A stretch of DNA of 64,000 bases, taken from the NCBI GenBank assembly GCA_951406725.2, contig CATOCA020000001.1:8308001-8372000 (forward strand). The letters are read 5' to 3'. The notes under the pieces are model-generated. The model was not told the origin of the DNA, searched no databases, and worked only from the letters and a program-made list of their open reading frames with translations. The DNA comes from Octopus vulgaris. Lineage: Eukaryota. A program made the position numbers and the translations under genes. Shown one piece after another: positions 15,301 through 64,000 of this stretch (the stretch's first letter is position 1; every line of letters begins with the position of its first letter).

Positions 15301-16099
15301 ATATATTATCAATAAATATCGAACACTTCTCCTCATGACTAATTCGTTTTTCGTTTGACATCTAAAAATTTCGCTTTTTTTAATATTACGATTCTTACCC
15401 CTTAGCTTCGCTCCTCCCTGCAATCGTCACACAGCCTCGATTGTGGTTGCACATGCTAGAAGCAACAGCCAAATCTCACATGATAAAATATGAAACGTTT
15501 TTATCATTTGTTTTTCTTAATTTCTTGAAAATAAATTTATTTTTTATTTTCTGATTGGCGTTTGGTCAGAAAACTCCAAAGATAAGCCAGTGCCTGAGGA
15601 ATACAAAGAGGGGAGAGCAAGAATATGCAAGGCTAGTACAGTTTAGTGCAGCCGTGCACCGGTTGTCGTCCTATTTTAAGCTGCAAAAATGTGAGAGTCA
15701 AATACGAGAGGAAAGGGATCAGACCGGAAGGGATGTGAATGGAACAGGAAAGAAGTGAATGCCATGGAATAGAAAAAACGTGGACGAAATCCTAAAATTT
15801 GCGAATATATTTAGGTAATAGGGAAAAAAGTATGTTTAATTTAAAATGTAATTTCCATTTTTAAAAGAAAGAACATTCTCGAATACATGTTTCTTATAGT
15901 TGAACGACCGCGTGTATTTATGGAGAGAAGAGGTCGGTTTGTTCCTGCTGTGGGCGAGAGTTTGTTTATTTTAATTTGGCTGACATCCATCTCGATAATG
16001 TGTTGCTTTAAGTAGCCTAGGGTTGAAAGCACGAATCCCGATAAAACCGCTGACAAAATAAAATAAAATCGACTTTCTGTCCCAATTGGAATATGCATG

Positions 16100-17655
16100 T
16101 CAGGTGATCGTCCTGTTTTCTGGAAGAATTATGTTGCTGAAGAAAATATGCACCAGAACAATGAAGAAATCGTCTCTAAACGGAAAGTGAACATTTTTCT
16201 TATAAATATCCAAAGGAAGCTTGAAGTTGACAGCTTCGATATCTACAGCCACAATGGTCTTCCTTGACCAGATACAAGAATTGTTGAAGTAGCTAATATT
16301 CCAATTGGGTTTAGAGAAGAAACCATTTTTAAGGTGAAAAAATGTATTAATAAACTTCTGCCAACTTTAGACATTGAACAACGACTAGATTTTGATAAAG
16401 CTATCAGGTCCATAAATAGTAAAAGAAGGAAGAATTCTGTTCTTAAATGCAAATAGTGGCACAGGGAAAACCTATGTGATCAACATCATACTTGATAGTT
16501 GCTACTGCCACGTCTGCTATTGCAACCACTTTGCTTCTGAAAGGGAGAGTTCTTCATTCTATGTCCAGGATTTCTCTCAGTGAGACTACAAAATCAACAT
16601 TAAGACTCACAAAGAGAGATGCCACAAGAGAATTTGTGCCTCAATCTGGTCTCTTAGTTATCGATGGGACCAGGATGGGGCCTAAGCATCTCTGTGAGTG
16701 CCTTGAAAGGAGATTGCATGATGTGTGAGACTGTAACAAACCTGTTTGTGAATTTACTATATTACTGTCTGGTGATAGAAAACAAATTCTTGCAGATTAT
16801 AATTTGTTGATGCAGATCCTTTCTTGAGGATTGAGTAGAAATAGTGAAGATAGGAACCAATCTAAGACTTCTTACAAAAGGTCATTCTGATGAAAAAGAG
16901 TCTGTTAATCACCATTTTGATGCTGGAAATGGTGATATTTCTGTCGAACAAAGTCTAGGTGCATCCAAAATCAACCTGCTTTACAACTTTGGCCTGTCAA
17001 GTTTATGTGATGTCTTGCAAATAATTTCAGAGACCCCATGTGGCTTGCAAACAGACCCATTATTACTCCAACAAATGAAATATCACAATTTGTAAATGAA
17101 TTCATGTTGACCAGGATCCCCGGTGAGGTAAAGATATACAGAAGCTCAGATACAGTTCATAATGAAGCTCTGTACCTAATCAAATTCATCAACAAACTCC
17201 TACCATCAGCGTTTCCATGGACATATCCTCACACGAGAGACAAGAGGCTGCATTAGGTTTTTGAAGAATTTAGATGCTAAACAAGACCATTGCAATGACA
17301 CAGGCTACGTTATTATCTGCTTCCAAGATCTTATTATTGCTGCCGGGGTTGCTTGTGATTCTTTTGCAGGATCAATCTCAGGGATTCCAAATGGGTCTCA
17401 AGGAATGGAGTTCCCATTCATAGTTACCATACAAACAATTTCCTGTGGAACCACTCTTTGCCTTGACATGCAACAAAGCACAGGAACAGACATTTAAACA
17501 AACTGGAATATATCTTCCAACACAATTCTTCTCCCGTGGTCAGCTGTAAGTTTCACTTTCTAGAGTTTGGATGAAGCCTAATGTAAAACTATTAGCTGAG
17601 AGAAATAGAAACTGTATATTTACTAACAATCGTGTCTATAAGGAGGTTCTATTTG
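16100..17655 (+). pseudogene. Decayed Helitron Pif1-like helicase
   Basis: Broken-frame motifs in order: SGTGKTYV, ATSAIATTLL.GR.LHS, LLSGD.KQIL, LKNLD…CNDT, QFPV…ALT.NKAQ.QTF…GQL*VSLSRV, N.VYKEVL. Confidence 0.85.
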
Positions 17656-17818
17656 ACAGCAAAATATACATTTTAAGTAAGTTTCACAAAATGGAATTAC
17701 ACTTTCCTTTTTTGGGAAAATTTCACAGGATATTTAAACTGTTTATATAACAATGGAAGTATTTAGGGAGATGCCGGGGCTTACAACAACAACACCAATA
17801 ACAAATGAAATTTCAATC

Positions 17819-17824
17819 TTTATT
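17819..17824 (-). promoter_or_regulatory. Candidate polyadenylation signal AATAAA of the ANK-RING-death gene
   Basis: tttatt on + strand, ~235 nt downstream of the stop codon. Confidence 0.4.
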
Positions 17825-18058
17825 TCCAAAGTTAATCTCCAACAAAAAGGGAGCTAAACAAATAAAGAGATCTCCATGTGGTAATTAGATCTGCTAGAAT
17901 TAGTAGCCGAATCCTACTCCATTCATCACTTATCATCTTAAAGAATGACACATTAGACAAGGAAAACATGATGGTCCTGGATGGAAGGCATTTAATCATA
18001 TGCCTGTGTGTGGTGATGGTAAACTTGGGGTTAAACAACAGCAATATTTACAAGAAAT

Positions 18059-59024
<40,966 letters not shown>

Positions 59025-59966
59025 GGCTTCTGAATAAAAGATGACAAAAAAAGATTAAAACAGTTTTTAAAAACTTATAAAGTGAGGTAAACAACAATAC
59101 ACAGAAATTGATGATTCTAAAACCTTGCATAAGATAACATTGATATTGTAAACTTCAGTTTATCTAAATTATTATTCATAGGCGCAGGAGTGGCTGTGTG
59201 GTAAGTAGCTTGCTAACCAACCACACGGTTGCGGGTTCAGTCCCACTGCGTGGCATCTTGGGCAAGTGTCTTCTGCTATAGCCCCGGGCCGACCAATGCC
59301 TTGTGAGTGGATTTGATAGACGGAAACTGAAAGAAGCCTGTCGTATATATGTATATATATGTATATGTGTGTGTGTTTGTGTGTCTGTGTTTGTCCCCCT
59401 AGCATTGCTTGACAACCGATGCTGGTGTGTTTAGGTCCCCGTCGCTTAGCGGTTCGGCAAAAAGAGACCGATAGAATAAGTACTAAAAGGTGGTGCTCCA
59501 GCATGGCCGCAGTCAAAATGACTGAAACAAGTAAAAGAGTAAAAGAGAGCTGAATGTTCTTCTTGACACTAATAAACCTAACAACAGTCATTGTGTTGTG
59601 TCTCTAGGTTAGATTACAGATTGACTGGTTACAATTAAACCCTCAATATTGGAATGTACAGTCTGTTGATCAGCTACGTAGAGGCAGCGTACATGTTGAG
59701 CTATAAATCTGTGGATCATACCCCAGCTACGGTGGAGGGCACATTATATCAAAGACAAACTGATTCTCCAAAGAAAGGTAAATTTACGAAAAATAGTAAA
59801 AGAAGCAATGAAACAGAGATTGTTCAATAAAACCTCCTGTATTGATCTTTGTCGAAACACTAGCAAAGTAGATGAGATCAAATCAGACACTATCAACAAG
59901 TGCTTACTTTATAGATTTTTGCAAAAATCTTTATGACTATTTCATAATTATTTAATAAATTTCCAT

Positions 59967-59997
<31 letters not shown>

Positions 59998-60318
59998 CTC
60001 ATTGCCTTCATCACTTAACGTCCACTTTTCATCCATTCATGAGTAAGATGGATGACAGGAGCCGGCCAGGTAGAAAAACTACCTGTCTATTTAGGAAAGG
60101 GATTTTACAGCTGGATGCCCTTCCAAACGCCAACCACCAGTTTTGTCCCACTGTATGACACCTTGGGCGAGTACCTTCTTCTAAGTCCCATGGCTGATGA
60201 AGGATTCTAAGTGGATTAAATAGAGATAATCTGAGAGAAGCCCATCGTACACCGCTGGACAAAATCTGAGGACCAGTGAAAAATCTGCCAAAATGAAGTG
60301 TTTGTGTGAGTGTACGTA

Positions 60319-60358
<40 letters not shown>

Positions 60359-61439
60359 TACACCTGCTTGAGTGTGTGTATATTTCCATTTGATTTTACT
60401 GGAAATCGCTCAGCTATGAACGGTTATCATTTTCCCTGTTAATAAACAAGCCATTAGAATAAGTGATCCCTTGAACAACAGGTAAGGGTTAATAACATGA
60501 AGGAGATACAGATCCAAAAAGAATGGATTGATAATATACTCATACAACCAATGGTAATATGGAGAAAAGGTGTAAAATTATTGCTTTATATGAATATACG
60601 TACATATATAAGTCTATGTATGTGTATACTCGTGTGCATGTGTGAGTAGCTGTATGGCATAGTGATTCGGATGTTACCCTCACAAGAGCTAGATCGTGGG
60701 TTTGATTCTTGCAATGCCCTTCCTTTCCCAAGAGAAGAAACGACAAAGGCTGGAGTCTCAAGCCATTAGAAAAGCCAGCTTAACAGAATATACGTTAACA
60801 GAACAACTTCAAAGTAACGCAGATAAAAAACGCCTGCTCCAGAGAACAGGAAACATCAAAGTAACGACAAGTCAGGTTGGAATTTAGAACTTTATCTTTT
60901 GGAGAGGAGCGACTAGTAACCTTTAACTAAGATCTTAATACATAAGCATTACGATAGATGTTTTATGAATACATTTGTGTAGAGTACACACTGGGTCAAA
61001 GATCGGGTGAGCGCTTGTATATATTATAAATACACAAATTTGGTAATTTGTTTAGTCTACTTCTTTTTCTCAAGAGCTTCATGCATCAGTGAACAGTCAA
61101 CAGCGTTGGAGACCATGGAGATTAAATTTCTGAATATTTGAAAAGAGTTTCCTGTATCATTGTAAATTTTGGTGGATATCAAAATGCCGACATCATGACT
61201 GATGCTCAATGCTCTGTGAATACTGTAAAGGCTGTGAGATGTGACACACGCATGAGACTGCGAATCTGTAGCTACTGGGAAGGGACATAGTAGGAGTTCT
61301 GAGTGTGTCTGCACCACACCACAATTCATTGCCACATCATTGAGCAGGCAGTGAGTTACGCTCTAGACAGACAGCTTTGTGAAACTGCTGTAGACTGGGA
61401 TCAAATTCTGGCTGGAGAGGATTGCCATTGGAAGGTCAT

Positions 61440-61760
61440 ATGTGTGGCAGCAAGATTCATCTCTTCGTCATACCGCTGGAAAGTACCAGACGTGATTGTT
61501 GGAGATTTTATACGACTGCCCCAGCCCGAATTTCTGGTCTTCTAATTCCCCTGATTGTAATACCCTGGATTACTATGTGAGGGGCGCAATTGAGAAAGAT
61601 ACCAACCACTCTTCCTGCAGCGCTAAGTCCAAGCTGATGACCAAGATCAAAGAGGGGTTCGAAAATCTTCCCAAGGACACAGTGAGGAACGCATATGCCA
61701 GGCTTTGAAGATGTGTTGAGGCTGTGGTGGAAGTGAAAGGCAGATAATTTCAGTAAACCT
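61440..61760 (+). mobile_element. Tc1/mariner transposase C-terminal fragment
   Basis: FWSSNSPDCNTLDYYV.G resembles the WPPxSPDLNPLD motif. Confidence 0.75.
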
Positions 61761-62009
61761 TTATCTCTCAGCCAAAACCTAGTTTTGACAGGTTTTGAAT
61801 TTTTAAAACGCCTATTTTTGGATGTGATATGGAGTTTTATTTTCCTTTTGTGAAAACTGTCAGATGTATACATACACTCATTGCATATGTATACATATCT
61901 ATATACATATATTTAAATGTATATGTATACACAAATACGCATACATGTATGTGTATGCCTATCCATTTAGATATTTATTCACATTTGTTGCAGCTTTGCA
62001 ATATTGTAT

Positions 62010-62085
62010 GCTAAAAGTATTCCACAAGGGACATCCAGGAATCGCAAGAATGAAAGCACTGATGAGAAGCTAAGTTTACTGGTTG
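62010..62085 (+). mobile_element. Gypsy/Ty3 integrase zinc-binding fragment
   Basis: HKGHPGIARMKALMRS*VYW matches the GHPG..RMK…RS.VYWP motif. Confidence 0.65.
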
Positions 62086-62423
62086 AATATTTGAACTCAG
62101 AACATAAACATTTCCTCCGGCCTGCTAAGCTTTCTGTCAGCCGGATAAGGAGTTTTATTTTACTTTTGTGAAAACTGTCAAATGCATTCTTGTGTTCTTT
62201 TTACTTGCTTCAGTCATTTGACTGCGGCCATGCAGGAGCACCACTATTAGGCGAGCAAATCGACCCCACGATATATTCTTTGTAAACCTATTACTTATTC
62301 TCAGTCTCTTTCCCGAACCGCTAAATTAGAGGGATGTAAACACACCAGCATCGGTTGTCAAACGATGTTGGCGGGGGGATAAACACAGATACACAAACAC
62401 TAACGCACACATACACACACATA

Positions 62424-62514
<91 letters not shown>

Positions 62515-62896
62515 TATATCATCCAGCGGAAACCACAGTTGCTCAAGGTAAAAAGGAATTCCTCTCTCTTTCAGGAACATCAGTTTTTTGTATTGACTAC
62601 ATATCGCCGCTTTGATCTGTTTTTTGTATTGGATGCAGGTCGCCACCGTGAACCGCTGCATCATGCACTTTAAACATATAGCATGAACGAACTCACTTCA
62701 AACTATATATATGAACTTTATAATGTCTGACTCCGTTGTGTATTATAAATGAATTTCTTGTGATTGATAGCATGAACTATCTTTTTTTATATATAACTTT
62801 TTTGATAAGGTTCATTTCAGGAACTGAAACATGTTATAATGTATATATAAAAATTTAAAATTGTATAATATAGCAGCATTTTCGAACTTCATTTTT

Positions 62897-62943
<47 letters not shown>

Positions 62944-63098
62944 CGGGCTTCTTTCAGTTTTCGCCTACCAAATCCAGTCACAATGCTTTGGTTGGCCCGA
63001 GACTATAGTAGAAAACACTTGCCGAAGGTGCCACGTAGTGGGACTCAACCCAGATCCATTTGGTTGCTAAGCAAGCTTCTTATCACACACACGCATTT

Positions 63099-63132
<34 letters not shown>

Positions 63133-63499
63133 CCAAACTGGGTTTCTATTCATGTTTGTTGCTGCTCTAGTTGCGATCTCTCAACTATATAGAAGCCGTC
63201 AGTTTATCGAAATTTCCTTGGAAAATTGATTTGGGAAAAAAGTGTACAAATCTCGATGCCAACACATTGTTATTGTTTCTTAATGTACCCTGTCCTCTTT
63301 TATTCTACAAAAACCTGCCACACACTGCTTGACGCTTACAGACCTGTATCCTATTCCTTTATATAGAGAGAGATACTGACACAAACACACACACATATAT
63401 ACACACACATATTACACACGTTCGTAGGCACAAGAGTAACTGTGGCAAGAAGTAATTATCTTCTGTTATAGCCGTGAGCTGACCAAAGCCTTATAAGTT

Positions 63500-63830
63500 G
63501 TGTATGGTCAGTGCATCTCCGACCGCGTCGATCAATTTGCTCAGTAGAGCAGTATTGTTCCTATACGCCAGGTTGGTAAAATGGTTACGTCTCGAAGGCA
63601 CCACCAGATACTTTCTTACAGACCTTGGCCATCAGACAATCGATGACACAGTTGAAAAGATCAGCGGTGACCTTGCAATCTTTTTGATCCCCTGTTAATG
63701 GAGAACCAGTCAGAATCCTTGCAATTCACCCGCACGCAGCACTCGGTACTGCTATACACCTGTTGGAACAGGGTGGTGATCTTGGGGGGCGCGTCGACAA
63801 GCTTGAGAACTTTCGATTACTGGTTGGGAC
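63500..63830 (-). mobile_element. Decayed RTE-type RT fragment
   Basis: …VYSSTECCVRVN…SDWFSIN.G…DLFNCVID.LM…TNLAY..NTALL (degenerate domain 4-5, YADD region). Confidence 0.6.
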
Positions 63831-64000
63831 ACTCATATTTAAGTTGCAAGTGAATCTCGTCACCAAGAACCATCCCCGCCATGATTCCTCCTGTCTCCAT
63901 GATCCTAACATCGCGCCTCAATATTCGCGGGTTCTTTGATCAATCGCTTCATTACCCTGGCTGACAATGAGACTGTCAACTGAGAGATCTTCAAATTAAA

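Overview
Repeat-dense, AT-rich eukaryotic DNA. The tRNA-derived SINE families, very long microsatellites and RTE/CR1/Hero/Penelope elements suggest a cephalopod (Octopus-like) genome; this is an inference. Nearly all long ORFs in the supplied track are microsatellite or low-complexity artefacts. The main gene, mostly missed by the ORF track, is a 13-exon minus-strand gene (59024->18059) that I reconstructed by hand. All its introns are GT-AG and phase-consistent, and it gives a 477-aa protein: ~7 ankyrin repeats of Mind bomb type, one C3HC4 RING, three 17-aa micro-exon repeats, and a C-terminal death domain. The micro-exons sit in four ancient tandem-duplicated genomic units, three of which also carry decayed 'fossil' exons. 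Other content: a DCLK-like kinase exon cut by the assembly gap (9856-9921); a near full-length RTE LINE with an internal PHD-like finger; a Penelope-like element with inverted pLTRs and a candidate U3-A8 hammerhead ribozyme; Helitron, Sola-like, Tc1/mariner, Hero, CR1 and Gypsy relics; and several fold-back structures.
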